Shown here: in pieces, positions 10,861-22,241 of the stretch
Numbering within the stretch: position 1 is the stretch's first letter
How the letters are laid out: every line of letters begins with the position of its first letter
Source of the DNA: Methanocaldococcus sp. 16A
GTDB lineage: Archaea > AGJL01 > Methanococci > Methanococcales > Methanocaldococcaceae
Reading direction: 5' to 3' (one strand)
NCBI GenBank assembly: GCA_049860595.1
Contig: CP187551.1
DNA: 64,000 nucleotides
Translations under genes and position numbers: made by a program
The notes under the pieces: model-generated
Databases searched by the model: none
What the model saw: only the letters and a program-made list of their open reading frames with translations
What the model was told of the DNA's origin: nothing

Positions 10861-11433
10861 TTATGGTTTTCTTTTAAGTCTATAACCACAGTATGGACAT
10901 ATAAGCCATTCAGGCTGTACAGGTCTTTTACAGTTTGGACATCTTAAACCTTCTTCTTCCTCTTCTTTTAGTTTTGTACCACAGTGAGCACAATATTTCC
11001 AAGAATCTGAAATGTAATTATTACAGTTCTTACATCTTTGTATATCTTCTTCAAATATCATATTTTTAATTTCGGCCCCACAGTTGGTACAGTGGTCCCA
11101 TCCTAAGTCAATCGGAGAGTTACAGGAATTACAAAGTGGAACAAATGTTGAAAACTTAGTTCCCAAAGCTTTTTTAACTTTTTCAAGGGTTATCATTGCT
11201 TCTCTTCTTAGAATCTCATCAGGGTCGTACTCTATTATCTGATTTAATAATGTAATTATCTCATTCAATGTTACTTTATCATAAGCATCTAAGTATAAAA
11301 TTGCTTCTGGCCTGGTTTCAGCAATCTCTTGTAATTTTCTTAATGTTACTAATTTTGTAGCGGGTACTGAACTTCTTAATCCTGAAACTATACTCATTTT
11401 TTCTTCATCAGTTAAAGGGACTACACGTACCAT
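10861..11433 (-). CDS. HEAT-like helical N-terminus plus three zinc ribbons
   Basis: Three CxxC-x10-CxxCG units; DPDEILRREA helical repeat. Confidence 0.75.
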   Translation of the reverse strand: MVRVVPLTDEEKMSIVSGLRSSVPATKLVTLRKLQEIAETRPEAILYLDAYDKVTLNEIITLLNQIIEYDPDEILRREAMITLEKVKKALGTKFSTFVPLCNSCNSPIDLGWDHCTNCGAEIKNMIFEEDIQRCKNCNNYISDSWKYCAHCGTKLKEEEEEGLRCPNCKRPVQPEWLICPYCGYRLKRKP

Positions 11434-11455
11434 TTTATCACCTTAACACTACTAA

Positions 11456-11950
11456 TTATTCATATACCTGCAATCTGTGATTAATCCAAAGGTCTCCCAA
11501 AGATTTTAGCTTATTAAAGCTATATAACACTGCAGAAGATAGTTCCTTTTCTGAAGCATTCAAAAGTCCAGACAGCTCAGCATCTTTCCTTTTTATCTTA
11601 AACTTGTAATATGGTTGAAGCCCTCCCCCTCCTACATAGTAGCAGATAATTTGCACTTCATCAACATCTGTATTTTTAAAAACATAATACGTTATCTCTC
11701 CAATCTCTCTTTTACTATCTGCATCTAAATCATATTCACCACTTCCTGATGCAATCTTTGTCTTTACTTGATACACTATTGCTGTCTTTACACCGTTTAT
11801 TGTCCTATTTTCAATCTTTACTACATTACATTCCTTATACAAAACATCAGGGTATTTTTTTTGTAGGAATATCGTGCAACCACTTATCATCAAACTAATT
11901 AAAGTAAAAATTACAATTATACTCAATATTCTATATGGTCTCATTTTCAT
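11456..11950 (-). CDS. Putative lipoprotein
   Basis: Signal peptide with ISGC lipobox. Confidence 0.7.
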   Translation of the reverse strand: MKMRPYRILSIIVIFTLISLMISGCTIFLQKKYPDVLYKECNVVKIENRTINGVKTAIVYQVKTKIASGSGEYDLDADSKREIGEITYYVFKNTDVDEVQIICYYVGGGGLQPYYKFKIKRKDAELSGLLNASEKELSSAVLYSFNKLKSLGDLWINHRLQVYE

Positions 11951-12050
11951 CCCACTTTTTAGTAAATATATTTTAGGTTAAAACAACTTAATACTAATTT
12001 TGTAACTAAAGTTATTTATAATTTTAGTAAAATACATGGGGTTGATAATT

Positions 12051-13223
12051 ATGCAAGTTTCAACATACGATTTAGATAAAATAGCAGAAAAACTAAATTT
12101 GTCCATAAAAGATTTAGATAAAGCTTTTAAAAAGAAAATTTTGAGAGAGGACGAATACAAAGAAACAAAAACATTATTATTTAAAAAAGAATTTAGAGGA
12201 GTAGAAAAAGGAACAGTTATATTTCTAAACGATAACCTTGATGTTGTTAGGGGATATCCGAAGACTTATAGAGCCATAACTCTCTATCCAACAATAAAAA
12301 ACCATTTTATAGATAAAGTTGTTGTTGAAGAAAAATTAAACGGATATAATATAAGAATTGTCAAAATAGATGGAGAAGTTTATGCATTAACAAGAAGTGG
12401 ATATATCTGCCCATTCACTACAAAAAAAGTTAAAAAATTCTTAAATTTAGAGATTTTGGATGATTATAACTATTATATGCTATGTGGGGAGATGATAGGT
12501 TTAAACAATCCTTACACCCCTTATTATTATAAAGAAGTCGATAGAGGTTATGAAAACTTAGGATTTTATATATTTGATATAAAAGAGAGGGAAACTAACA
12601 AATCTCTACCAATAAAAGAAAGAATAAAGTTGTGTGAAAAATATAACTTGCCTTATGTTAAGCCATTAGCAGTTGTTGATAAAGAAGAGGCTCACGTCCA
12701 TATAAGGAAAATTATTGAAGAGTTAAATAAATATGGGAGAGAAGGAGTTGTTTTAAAAGACCCTGATATGGCAGTCCCCCCAATAAAATACACAACACAC
12801 TTTACACAGTGTGAAGATTTAAAATCAGCCTTTACATTTTTCTTTGATTTAGGTATTGACTTTATATTCAGTAGGGTTGTAAGAGAAGGATTCATGAGTT
12901 ATGAGTTTAAAGAAACTATTGAGGAGAGAAAAAAGAGGGCTAAAGATTTAGGAGAAGCTATTTTATTACCAATGGTCGAGACAATTAGTAAAGTAGCTAA
13001 TGGAGAAAGGGTTTCTGAAGATTTTGAGCTAATATTTGATAACGAAGATGATTTTAATGAGTTTTTAGATTTTATGAGAAAAATGAAGATGGTTATAACA
13101 ATAAAAAATGTTGAAGAAATTAACACCAATGAAGGAGTTAAAATTAAAGTGCTAATTGGAAAAATTTACAATAAAACTAACGATAAAATTATTAGCTATT
13201 TAAATGGAACACTTTGGGAATAA
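12051..13223 (+). CDS. ATP-dependent RNA ligase, Rnl3/Pab1020 family
   Basis: RGYPK, EEKLNGYN (motif I), REGVVLK. Confidence 0.9.
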   Translation: MQVSTYDLDKIAEKLNLSIKDLDKAFKKKILREDEYKETKTLLFKKEFRGVEKGTVIFLNDNLDVVRGYPKTYRAITLYPTIKNHFIDKVVVEEKLNGYNIRIVKIDGEVYALTRSGYICPFTTKKVKKFLNLEILDDYNYYMLCGEMIGLNNPYTPYYYKEVDRGYENLGFYIFDIKERETNKSLPIKERIKLCEKYNLPYVKPLAVVDKEEAHVHIRKIIEELNKYGREGVVLKDPDMAVPPIKYTTHFTQCEDLKSAFTFFFDLGIDFIFSRVVREGFMSYEFKETIEERKKRAKDLGEAILLPMVETISKVANGERVSEDFELIFDNEDDFNEFLDFMRKMKMVITIKNVEEINTNEGVKIKVLIGKIYNKTNDKIISYLNGTLWE

Positions 13224-13270
13224 ATAATAAAATTTAAATACTTCATAATCTTTTTAAAGTTTTGTTAAAT

Positions 13271-13385
13271 TTATAGTTTTGTGCAGAATAGATAAAACTT
13301 TACTATGGAAAATTTGAATGTCTTCCTTCTGGAAGACGTTCATTAATGCCTTATTCATTATAAACCTATTTGCACAAAACTATAA
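13271..13385. repeat. Palindromic MITE-like element, family B, abutting a family A right end
   Basis: TTATAGTTTTGTGCA/TGCACAAAACTATAA termini; central GAATGTCTTCC-TTCT-GGAAGACGTTC hairpin. Confidence 0.85.
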
Positions 13386-13402
13386 ACTGCGAAAGTCCTA
13401 TT
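13386..13402. repeat. Family A element right end
   Basis: ACTGCGAAAGTCCTATT. Confidence 0.8.
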
Positions 13403-13428
13403 ACGAGATAATAAAAAAGGGGATATAT

Positions 13429-14205
13429 GTGAAGCTAAGTTCAAGAGATATAATATTAAAAGTTATTCTTCCAATAGGTGTTGTTGTTGCTTGGGAAATT
13501 TTAGCCATATATTTAAACAAACCTGTAATTTTGCCAAGAGTTGAGGCAGTTATTAACGTCTTAATTCATCCATTTGAAGGTATCTTAGGAACTGGAAGTT
13601 TAATAGACAATACAATAATTAGTATAAAGAGAGTTTTAGGCGGTTTTTTATTAGCCTCAATTGTAGCAATACCTTTAGGAATATTGATGGGATATTACAG
13701 AACAATAAACAGCTTATGCGATACTTTAATTGAGCTATTAAGACCAATTCCTCCATTAGCTTGGGTTCCACTATCGTTGGCATGGTTTGGACTTGGAGAG
13801 ATGTCAATGATATTTATTATATTCATTGGAGCATTTTTCCCAATATTAATAAATACAATCTCAGGAGTTAAAGGTGTTCCTACCCCATTAATTGAAGCGG
13901 CTTTAACCTTAGGAGCTAAAGGAAAAGATATTTTAATAAAGGTTGTTATTCCAGCATCATCCCCAAGTATTTTAACTGGACTTAGAGTTGGAGCAGGTAT
14001 AGCTTGGATGTGTGTTGTTGCAGCAGAGATGCTACCATCAAGTAATGCTGGTTTAGGATATCTAATTATGTATGCTTATTCATTAAGTAGAATGGATGTA
14101 GTCATTGCCTGTATGATAATTATTGGATTAATTGGGCTGGTATTGGACAGAGGGCTAAGATATATTGAAGACAAGTATTTCGTATGGAGAAAAATGATGA
14201 AATAA
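13429..14205 (+). CDS. ABC transporter permease, nitrate/sulfonate/bicarbonate type
   Basis: [14 protein letters not shown] motif; GTG start after AGGGGA RBS (ORF-track start lies inside repeats). Confidence 0.9.
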   Translation: MKLSSRDIILKVILPIGVVVAWEILAIYLNKPVILPRVEAVINVLIHPFEGILGTGSLIDNTIISIKRVLGGFLLASIVAIPLGILMGYYRTINSLCDTLIELLRPIPPLAWVPLSLAWFGLGEMSMIFIIFIGAFFPILINTISGVKGVPTPLIEAALTLGAKGKDILIKVVIPASSPSILTGLRVGAGIAWMCVVAAEMLPSSNAGLGYLIMYAYSLSRMDVVIACMIIIGLIGLVLDRGLRYIEDKYFVWRKMMK

Positions 14206-14216
14206 AAAGGGATAAA

Positions 14217-14990
14217 ATGAAAGTAAAGTTGAAAGTTGAAAATCTAACAAAAATTTTTGAATTCAATGGAAACAAGGTCAAAGCATTAGACAATATCAAT
14301 TTAGAGGTTTATGAAAATGAATTTTTAACAGTTATGGGTCCAAGTGGTTGTGGAAAAACAACATTGTTAAGAATTATAGCTGGTTTAGATTATCCTACTG
14401 AAGGTAAAGTTTTATTGGATGGAAAAGAAGTTAAAGGGCCAGGAGCTGATAGAGGTGTTGTGTTTCAACAATATACACTAATGCCATGGAGAACTGTTTT
14501 AAAAAATGTTACATTTGGTTTAGAGTTAAAAGGCATCCCAAAAAATGAAAGAATAAAGATAGCAAAAAAATTCATTAAAATGGTAGGATTAGAAGGATTT
14601 GAAGATGCTTACCCTTATCAGTTGAGTGGTGGTATGCAGCAAAGAGTAGCTATAGCAAGAACTTTAGCCAATGATCCAGAGATTGTTTTAATGGATGAAC
14701 CGTTTGCTGCCCTAGATGCTCAAACAAGGAATATATTACAGAATGAATTATTAAAAATATGGGAAAAAGAAAAAAAGACTGTATTTTTTGTTACTCATAG
14801 CGTTGATGAAGCAGTTTATCTTTCAGATAGGGTTGTTGTTTTAACTGCAAGACCTGGAAGGATAAAAGATATTATTGAAATTGATTTAGAAAGGCCAAGG
14901 GATAGAACAAGTATAGAATTCCTTGAATATAGAAAAAAGATTTTAGAGATTTTGAAGGAAGAGGTTTTAAAATCTATAAAGATACAATAA
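14217..14990 (+). CDS. ABC transporter ATP-binding protein, SsuB/TauB type
   Basis: [26 protein letters not shown]. Confidence 0.93.
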   Translation: MKVKLKVENLTKIFEFNGNKVKALDNINLEVYENEFLTVMGPSGCGKTTLLRIIAGLDYPTEGKVLLDGKEVKGPGADRGVVFQQYTLMPWRTVLKNVTFGLELKGIPKNERIKIAKKFIKMVGLEGFEDAYPYQLSGGMQQRVAIARTLANDPEIVLMDEPFAALDAQTRNILQNELLKIWEKEKKTVFFVTHSVDEAVYLSDRVVVLTARPGRIKDIIEIDLERPRDRTSIEFLEYRKKILEILKEEVLKSIKIQ

Positions 14991-15001
14991 TTTTTTTGTT
15001 T

Positions 15002-15820
15002 TTATAAAAATCTCATAGGTATTCCTCTATCTGCACAATATCTTTTTATCTCTTCTATTGTATATTCTCTATAATGCAATATTCCTGCCATTAATGCAGC
15101 ATCTGCTTTTCCATAAACAAAAGCTTCATAAACATGCTCTGGTTTTCCAGCTCCGCCAGAGGCAATAACAGGAAGTTTAACATTTTTAGAAATCTCTCTT
15201 GTTAATATTAAATCATAACCACTTTTTGTTCCATCTTTATCAATACTTGTTAATAAAATTTCTCCAGCTCCCAATTCTTCTACTTTTTTAGCCCATTCTA
15301 TGGCATCTATACCAGTTTCTTTTTTTCCTCCATAAATATAAACTTCAAACCAGCAATAACCATCCTCTACTTTAACAACATTTTTATCTATATCATCTAT
15401 CTCATCCTCATTGACATAATGCCTTTTAGCATCAATAGCTACAACAACACATTGAGAACCAAATATTTCACTCGCCTCTTTAATTAAATTAGGATTTTTT
15501 ACAGCTGCAGTATTTATTGAAACTTTATCAGCTCCAGCCCTCAGTATCTTTCTAAAATCTTCAATTGATTTAATTCCTCCACCTACAGTTAATGGAATAA
15601 AAACTTTCTCAGCTGTTCTTTCCACAACATCAATAATTATATCCCTTTTTTCAGCTGAAGCTGTTATATCCAAAAATACAAGCTCATCAGCCCCTTCATT
15701 ATCATACAACTGGGCTAACTCAACTGGATCTCCGGCATCTCTTAAATTCAAAAACTTTGTTCCTTTAACAACTCTCCCATCTTTAATATCCAAGCATGGA
15801 ATTATTCTCTTTGTTAACAT
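15002..15820 (-). CDS. hisF: Imidazole glycerol phosphate synthase cyclase subunit
   Basis: [27 protein letters not shown]. Confidence 0.96.
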   Translation of the reverse strand: MLTKRIIPCLDIKDGRVVKGTKFLNLRDAGDPVELAQLYDNEGADELVFLDITASAEKRDIIIDVVERTAEKVFIPLTVGGGIKSIEDFRKILRAGADKVSINTAAVKNPNLIKEASEIFGSQCVVVAIDAKRHYVNEDEIDDIDKNVVKVEDGYCWFEVYIYGGKKETGIDAIEWAKKVEELGAGEILLTSIDKDGTKSGYDLILTREISKNVKLPVIASGGAGKPEHVYEAFVYGKADAALMAGILHYREYTIEEIKRYCADRGIPMRFL

Positions 15821-15843
15821 CCTCATCACTTCATTTTAATTCT

Positions 15844-15896
15844 AATAGGACTTCCAACTATGCTTTTAAAAATTAATTTTCTGCAAAAGTCCTATT
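15844..15896. repeat. Short, internally deleted family A element
   Basis: AATAGGACTT...CTGCAAAAGTCCTATT; its CTA is the TAG stop of the adjacent minus-strand gene. Confidence 0.75.
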
Positions 15897-16686
15897 CTAA
15901 ATCTTTAAATTCTAATTCTTTCTCTAATTTTTCTTCTTCAGTTATACCTGAAATAGTTTTTGCTAATTTTAAAGCTCTTAATGATGCCAAATCTTTCTCT
16001 AAATATACGTTTGCCAGTTCATTGGTCAATTTAGTCATTTCTTTAGTGAATTTTGTTTTAATTTTTGCAATTGGTGTGCTTTCTGCCCATTGTCTCTCTA
16101 CATTAGGGTCATATGGTAGAATCCCAATAACATCGTCTATTATCTCACTAATATCCGTAAGCCCTCTATATTTATTTATAATTATTCCTGTAAGTCCTAT
16201 ACCCAAATCTTTTAAGAGTTCAATAGTTTTTAATGAATTTACAATAGATGGAACACTATCCTCTCCAACTACAATTACTTTATTAACAAGTTCTTCTCCA
16301 GCATAAGATATAAAGATATTGTCCTCAGTTATGTTTGGTGGGAAATCATAAACAATAACATCATATTCTTCTTCTAATACTTCAATTAATCTTACAAAAT
16401 TTTCAAGGTCTGTTTTATATGCAAAAACATCAGAAGTTACTCCTGCATGAATAATAGCCAAATCATCATAATTATAAATTATATCCTCTACAGCAGAATT
16501 TCCCGATAGGTAAGTATTTAAGTTGTGTTCCTTATCTTCAAGACCAAACATCAAAGCACAAGTACCTCCATATATATCACAGTCAATTAGAATAGTTTTA
16601 ACTGAATGACTAAGAATATAAGCAAAATTTGCAGCAATTGTAGTTTTTCCAGTACCTCCTTGAATGTTGTAAAACCCTATCTTCAT
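15892..16686 (-). CDS. MinD/ParA-family ATPase
   Basis: QGGTGKTT deviant Walker A, ILIDCD, YDFPP. Confidence 0.85.
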   Translation of the reverse strand: MKIGFYNIQGGTGKTTIAANFAYILSHSVKTILIDCDIYGGTCALMFGLEDKEHNLNTYLSGNSAVEDIIYNYDDLAIIHAGVTSDVFAYKTDLENFVRLIEVLEEEYDVIVYDFPPNITEDNIFISYAGEELVNKVIVVGEDSVPSIVNSLKTIELLKDLGIGLTGIIINKYRGLTDISEIIDDVIGILPYDPNVERQWAESTPIAKIKTKFTKEMTKLTNELANVYLEKDLASLRALKLAKTISGITEEEKLEKELEFKDLE

Positions 16687-16707
16687 TTTTATCACCAAAA
16701 TTAAGAT

Positions 16708-18822
16708 TCAATTTAAAGGAATTATTTTTGGAGGATTTACTATCACATATTTGCAGTATTCTTTATCAAACTCTTCAAAATTATAATTACTAATATTTAA
16801 ATTCTTTTTAAATATTGTTATTTTTATCCCATCATTGTCATTTATCCATATCGCAGTTCCGTTGTAGAAAATATTGTTTTTAGTGTATTTATTAAGCCAT
16901 TTAGCTAAATCTTTAAATGAAACTACCGCAGTTCCATTTTCCTTTAATTTAATAACCAAGTTTCTATCATAATCCCTAATATCCGCAATATAAATCCCAA
17001 AGTCCTCATCTTTTGGTGGAATATAGAAAGTATTAACAATATTTACTCCAAAAATTTCTTTTAGGGGTGTTGGAATTCTGATAATTGGAATTCCATCATA
17101 TATTTCAAATCCTTTCTCACCAGGAATTACGACATAATTCACTTTCCCTTTTATATTCAATTTCCAATCTAAATCTTCATTATCATTCCCAAAAATTGCA
17201 TCTATCAAGTTTTTGTCAGAGCTTTCTAAGAATAACCCATCACATCCTCTTGCCAGTGCATAGGCATAGTTTTTTACAAACCAATGATTAAAATATTTAT
17301 ATTTATCCCACATTTCGCTATCTTCTGTCGTTGAAACTGGTTTTCCCTCATAGTACCATTTTGATGGCTCTTTAGCCTTTCCATCCCAATAAGGTTCTCC
17401 ATAATCTAAATGATAATAAATATTTTCACTCTTAGCCCCTTCTTCCCAATAACCATAATCTGCTGTTCCTTTATAGCTTATAACTTTCGGATAAAATCCT
17501 CCAATTGGGTCATTTCTAAATGTCTCAGGAGCTTTATCTACATAAATTAGAGGGTAATAACTTAAAGCTAATATATCATCAGCATATATATCGTTCATTT
17601 TTTCTGGATTAAAGTATAGATGTGTATAGTTCATCCACCATTTTTTAAACCAATACTCTTTATATAAATCTTCAAGCTCATCTACATCCACATCAGATTT
17701 TTCAACAATATCAATTCCTTCACTACCAGTTACTATATAACTTATATTCATTCCTAAAGCATTCAAAGCCTTTATGTATTTTAATTTTTTATTTATTATT
17801 TTATCATCTAACACATCTACTTTAATTTTTCTTCCTGCAACGTCTATAACATAATCCCCATTCTCATCAGGGATTATTTTATTTACAGCAACTCCTGAAA
17901 CGAGTATATGCTTATAATATGGCGGAACTTTATTTATATATGCAAAAACTCCTCCATTTTTAGCAATATACTCTCCAATAATGTTGAGTGTTTCTTCATC
18001 ATCTAATGATGTAGGGTATAGGAAGAGAAGTTTATTTTTCTTAATTTCATAAACGCCATCCGATACTTTCTTATAATTAATCTTATAAATTGGAATTTCT
18101 TTTACGTCAGCTGGTGGATTGAATATTAAAGCTCCATCATCATTTCTTATGACATATTTTTTTGGATAAATTATGAAAATGCTATTGTTATTAATAAATA
18201 CATAATCATAATAATCTGGAATAGCTTTAGGTGGATAAGTATAAGAATATTTGTAATAGTATTCTTCTGATGGTTCTTTTGGTGGATTATAGTAAATTTC
18301 TCCATCTTTTCCTACAACAATATATTTTTTTGGATAGAGGATGAATGTAGCATTTCTTATCAATACATATCCATCATAGTCAGGAATTTTTGAAGGGCTT
18401 GGAACTTTTATTTTATATGGCTTTACAAACTCATACTCACTGTAATTTTCTTCTTTTGGTGGATTAAATATTAAAGCCCCATCTTCCTTATAAACACTGT
18501 ACTTTGGATACACTACAATAATTCCATTTTTATTTACATACGTATAATTCCCATAATCAGGAATTTTTGATGGCAAGTATTTCTTTATTCCTAAATAGTA
18601 TAAAATATCATCATCAATTGAATCATTATCTAAACAGAACACAGTTAGAGAATTATTATTATCTAAAATCTCCTTAATCTTCTCAACATTTTTAACTTTT
18701 GATAATGGAACAAATTCTATTGGAATTGAACTTGTATATTTATATTCAATGTTTGAAGGATAAACACAGGTAAGTATAGCAAATATCAATAATATAAAAA
18801 CAAACTTTTTCATACCATTCAC
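16708..18822 (-). CDS. Large secreted hypothetical protein with three tandem ~57-aa repeats
   Basis: MKKFVF signal peptide; IPDY...YPK...DG...NPP three times. Confidence 0.8.
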   Translation of the reverse strand: MNGMKKFVFILLIFAILTCVYPSNIEYKYTSSIPIEFVPLSKVKNVEKIKEILDNNNSLTVFCLDNDSIDDDILYYLGIKKYLPSKIPDYGNYTYVNKNGIIVVYPKYSVYKEDGALIFNPPKEENYSEYEFVKPYKIKVPSPSKIPDYDGYVLIRNATFILYPKKYIVVGKDGEIYYNPPKEPSEEYYYKYSYTYPPKAIPDYYDYVFINNNSIFIIYPKKYVIRNDDGALIFNPPADVKEIPIYKINYKKVSDGVYEIKKNKLLFLYPTSLDDEETLNIIGEYIAKNGGVFAYINKVPPYYKHILVSGVAVNKIIPDENGDYVIDVAGRKIKVDVLDDKIINKKLKYIKALNALGMNISYIVTGSEGIDIVEKSDVDVDELEDLYKEYWFKKWWMNYTHLYFNPEKMNDIYADDILALSYYPLIYVDKAPETFRNDPIGGFYPKVISYKGTADYGYWEEGAKSENIYYHLDYGEPYWDGKAKEPSKWYYEGKPVSTTEDSEMWDKYKYFNHWFVKNYAYALARGCDGLFLESSDKNLIDAIFGNDNEDLDWKLNIKGKVNYVVIPGEKGFEIYDGIPIIRIPTPLKEIFGVNIVNTFYIPPKDEDFGIYIADIRDYDRNLVIKLKENGTAVVSFKDLAKWLNKYTKNNIFYNGTAIWINDNDGIKITIFKKNLNISNYNFEEFDKEYCKYVIVNPPKIIPLN

Positions 18823-18899
18823 CTAAATAATTTCCTAATATTATACATTACATTATAATATTAATCCCAAAAAGTCTGTAATTAGCAAAAGTAAAATAT

Positions 18900-19265
18900 T
18901 TATTCCTCAAACTTTTTCACATACATTAATGGATAATCAATCTCTGGAATATATTCAAGTTTTAAATGGGCAATAGTCTTATTTATTTTTATTTTTAAAT
19001 CAACATCTAACATCTTTCCATCCAAAGAAACATATTTTTCTCCAACGTCTTTGATTTTAACTTTTATATCATAAACACATGGCTGATTTTTCATAGCCTC
19101 TTCTATAGCTCTTTCTAATGATTCTTTATTATCTTTGCTAACTGGAGTTCCAACAAATTGATGAAATAAAGCTCCTAAGGTAATGCCTCCTTCAAAAACT
19201 GCTCTCTCTCTATCTGTTAAATTTTTAAAATATTTTTTGAAGATTTCAGTTTCTTCTACTCTCAT
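18900..19265 (-). CDS. mptD: Archaeal dihydroneopterin aldolase
   Basis: ERAVFEGGITLGALFHQFVGTPV and DYPLMY. Confidence 0.9.
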   Translation of the reverse strand: MRVEETEIFKKYFKNLTDRERAVFEGGITLGALFHQFVGTPVSKDNKESLERAIEEAMKNQPCVYDIKVKIKDVGEKYVSLDGKMLDVDLKIKINKTIAHLKLEYIPEIDYPLMYVKKFEE

Positions 19266-19303
19266 ATATATCTCCATAGAATAATTATTTTTAATGTTCA
19301 ATA

Positions 19304-20224
19304 TTATTTAATTTCCAACATTCTTTCAATAGCTTTTCGAGCTTTTTCAATAATATCTTTGTCTAATCTAACCTCATACTTCTCTTCTAAGAGACATTTT
19401 TCTATCTTCTCTAAGGTTATTCTTTTCATCTCATGGCAAATAGCATCTTCTCTTAATGGAATGAGAGTTTTCTTTTTACCTATTTTTTCAAGCTCTAATT
19501 CTATTCTATCTATAATCCCTACCTCTGTTCCTATTATAAACTCTTCATGGTCAGAATTTAACACTATTCTTATTATTCCACTGGTACTTGCTATATAATC
19601 TGCATTATCTTGCAGTTCTGGACTACACTCAGGATGAATTAAAACTTTAGCATTTGGATATTTCTCTTTAACTCTCTTTAAATCCTCCATTGTGAATTTT
19701 TTATGTACATAACAGCCCCCTCCTTCTGGAATTGGAATAATTTTTTTATCAGTTCTTTTCTGCACATAATAAGCTAAGTTGTTATCTGGACCAAATAAAA
19801 TTGTCTCTGCTTCTAAAGAATTAACTACTTTATCTGCATTTGCTGATGTGCAAGTTATATCTGCCAATGCCTTAGTTTCAGCTGTTGTATTTACATAAAC
19901 AACTAATGGGGCTTCTGGATATTTTTCCCTATATTTTTTTATAACCTCAGCGGATAATTGATGAGCCATTGGGCATTGAGTTCCCTCAATCTCGGGCATT
20001 AAAACTTTCTTATCAGGATTTAAGATTTTAGCAGACTCTCCCATAAAATCTACGCCACAAAATACTATTATATCAGCATCTGTTTCCTTTGCCTTAATGC
20101 AGAGTTCTAAAGAGTCCCCTAAAAAATCAGCTATTTTCTGTATTTCTTTTGGCTGGTAGTTGTGAGCTAAGATTATTGCATTTTTTTCTTCCTTTAATTT
20201 GTTTATTCTTTCTACTATATCCAT
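19304..20224 (-). CDS. nadA: Quinolinate synthase
   Basis: ILAHNYQ, CGVDFMGE, YVNT, HPEC. Confidence 0.96.
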   Translation of the reverse strand: MDIVERINKLKEEKNAIILAHNYQPKEIQKIADFLGDSLELCIKAKETDADIIVFCGVDFMGESAKILNPDKKVLMPEIEGTQCPMAHQLSAEVIKKYREKYPEAPLVVYVNTTAETKALADITCTSANADKVVNSLEAETILFGPDNNLAYYVQKRTDKKIIPIPEGGGCYVHKKFTMEDLKRVKEKYPNAKVLIHPECSPELQDNADYIASTSGIIRIVLNSDHEEFIIGTEVGIIDRIELELEKIGKKKTLIPLREDAICHEMKRITLEKIEKCLLEEKYEVRLDKDIIEKARKAIERMLEIK

Positions 20225-20276
20225 AATATCCCTCATAATTTCATTATTGGAAGAGTTTTATATTTACTTTTGGACT

Positions 20277-21179
20277 TTATATTTTAAATCCATTTTTCTC
20301 TAATCTTTCAACAACTTTATCCCATGTTGGTAAATTTGTCTGGCAACCCTTTGCCTCAACAACATATGAAGCGGTTGCAGCTCCAATTAAACCACATTTC
20401 TCCAAATCATATCCTTTAACATAAGCTGATAAAAATCCTGCTCTATAACTATCTCCAGCACCTGTTGGGTCTGCAACAACCTCTGCTTTAATACACGGAA
20501 TCTCTATTTTTTTATCTTTGGTGTATATTACGCTACCCTTAGAACCTTTTGTTACTATTAATGCATCAACTCTCTCTAAGTAATCATTAATTTCAAAATT
20601 CAATAACTTTGAAGCCCTTTCAAATTCATGCCTATTCATAAACAATAAGTTTGTATGTTCAATAATCTCTAATAAACTTTCTTTTGAATATTGTGGTAAA
20701 TCCTGCCCAGGGTCGAAAGATACTAAATTATTCCCATAAGCTTTTTTTGCACATTTTAGGTTGAATTCTGGGTCTCCAGTAGTTATATGAACAATTTCTG
20801 TATTGAAGTTTGGTGGATTTAATTCTTTATAGTGCTTAGCCGCCCCCCATAAGAAGAAAGTAATTTGGTTATTATCTTTATCTGTAAATATCCATGCTTT
20901 TGGTGTTTCTTCGTCTTCAGAATAATAAAGTTTAGAAATATTTATTCCCAAATTCTTTAAATATCTCTCATATCCGCTGTTTTTAAAATCATAGCCAACA
21001 CATGATAAAAGTTCAGAATCTACACCAAGTTTTTTTATTCCTACTGCTGTATTTGCTGCAGCTCCTCCATAATACTTTCTTGCTGAAGGAATTTGAATCG
21101 AAGTATTAGGTTCTGGAAATTTTTCTACATTGAAAATATAATCAAGAGCTGTATGCCCTACACAGGTAATTTTTTCCAT
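20277..21179 (-). CDS. PfkB-family nucleoside kinase
   Basis: GGAAANTA and DPTGAGDSY. Confidence 0.92.
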   Translation of the reverse strand: MEKITCVGHTALDYIFNVEKFPEPNTSIQIPSARKYYGGAAANTAVGIKKLGVDSELLSCVGYDFKNSGYERYLKNLGINISKLYYSEDEETPKAWIFTDKDNNQITFFLWGAAKHYKELNPPNFNTEIVHITTGDPEFNLKCAKKAYGNNLVSFDPGQDLPQYSKESLLEIIEHTNLLFMNRHEFERASKLLNFEINDYLERVDALIVTKGSKGSVIYTKDKKIEIPCIKAEVVADPTGAGDSYRAGFLSAYVKGYDLEKCGLIGAATASYVVEAKGCQTNLPTWDKVVERLEKNGFKI

Positions 21180-21294
21180 TTTTGCCACCTCTATAAAAAA
21201 TTAAAAATATGCTTTGCTATTAAACATAAAGACCTTAATCAAGCTTAATATAGTATATAGTATTTGGAGTTATTAGACATAAGCTTAAGCTTAT

Positions 21295-21313
21295 TAAAGT
21301 GCGAAAGTCCTAT
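21295..21313. repeat. Family A element right end; left part degenerate near 21227
   Basis: GTGCGAAAGTCCTAT. Confidence 0.65.
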
Positions 21314-21373
21314 ATAGAATAACTTAAAAATTAAAATTATTGAACTATTACTTAAAGATTTTTAGGTGGGATA

Positions 21374-21760
21374 ATGATAAATATATCTGAAAATGCTGAA
21401 GCAAAAGAAATACTACCCATAGCTAAAGCTGTCCATATCTTAGTTAATAAACTTCCTGTATCTATGAGAAGTAAAAATAAACCTGGTGTTAGATTAGAAA
21501 AAGGAGAAGTTGTAGATACAAACTATGAAGGTTATGTTTTAAAATTGGCAATTAAAGAAGGAAAAGTTATTAGAGCTACACCTATTGTAGGACCTTATGC
21601 TGGACTCCCAGTTATTGTTGCTCCTATAAAAGATGGGGATAAAGTAGTAGGTGCTATTGGTGTAGTTGATATCACAGCAGGTATATTTGAAGATGTTATA
21701 GCTATTTCAAGAAGACCTGAATTATATAAGTTTCTTCCTGAAGATGCTTTTCCAAAATAA
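21374..21760 (+). CDS. DUF2111-like methanogen protein
   Basis: GPYAGLPVIVAPI...AIGVVD. Confidence 0.75.
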   Translation: MINISENAEAKEILPIAKAVHILVNKLPVSMRSKNKPGVRLEKGEVVDTNYEGYVLKLAIKEGKVIRATPIVGPYAGLPVIVAPIKDGDKVVGAIGVVDITAGIFEDVIAISRRPELYKFLPEDAFPK

Positions 21761-21778
21761 AAGTTTTAAGGTGATGAA

Positions 21779-22222
21779 ATGAAAAAAATATTCATATATC
21801 CTCCAAATAGTTTAATATTAACAGATTTAGTTGAAAGATTTGGACATAAGCCATTAAACCTAAATATAGTTATGGGAGAATTAGTTAGGAATCCAGAAAT
21901 AGACAGCCCTCCTATGAACATAACCGATGAAGAACCAAAAAAAGGTTTAAAATATGCCGCTGTAGAAGTTCCTTCTGGTGTTAGGGGAAGAATGGCTTTA
22001 ATTGGCCCTTTAATTGAAGAGGCTGAAGCAGCAATAATAATGGAAGATGCCCCTATTGCCTTTGGATGCATTGGATGTCAAAGAACAAATGAACTGACAC
22101 TCTATTTAGTAAGAAGAAAAAATATTCCAATATTGAGAGTTAAATACCCAACAAATGAAGAAGAGGCAGAAATTTTAGTTAATAAGATTGCTAATTTCTT
22201 AAAGAGCTTAGAAGAAAACTAA
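21779..22222 (+). CDS. Methanogenesis marker protein 5
   Basis: [29 protein letters not shown]. Confidence 0.9.
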   Translation: MKKIFIYPPNSLILTDLVERFGHKPLNLNIVMGELVRNPEIDSPPMNITDEEPKKGLKYAAVEVPSGVRGRMALIGPLIEEAEAAIIMEDAPIAFGCIGCQRTNELTLYLVRRKNIPILRVKYPTNEEEAEILVNKIANFLKSLEEN

Positions 22223-22241
22223 ATATTAAATTGGTGATAAG

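Noticed and set aside
13318-13428. N-terminal extension of the ABC permease
   Set aside because: Reads through repeat DNA; GTG at 13429 has a better RBS
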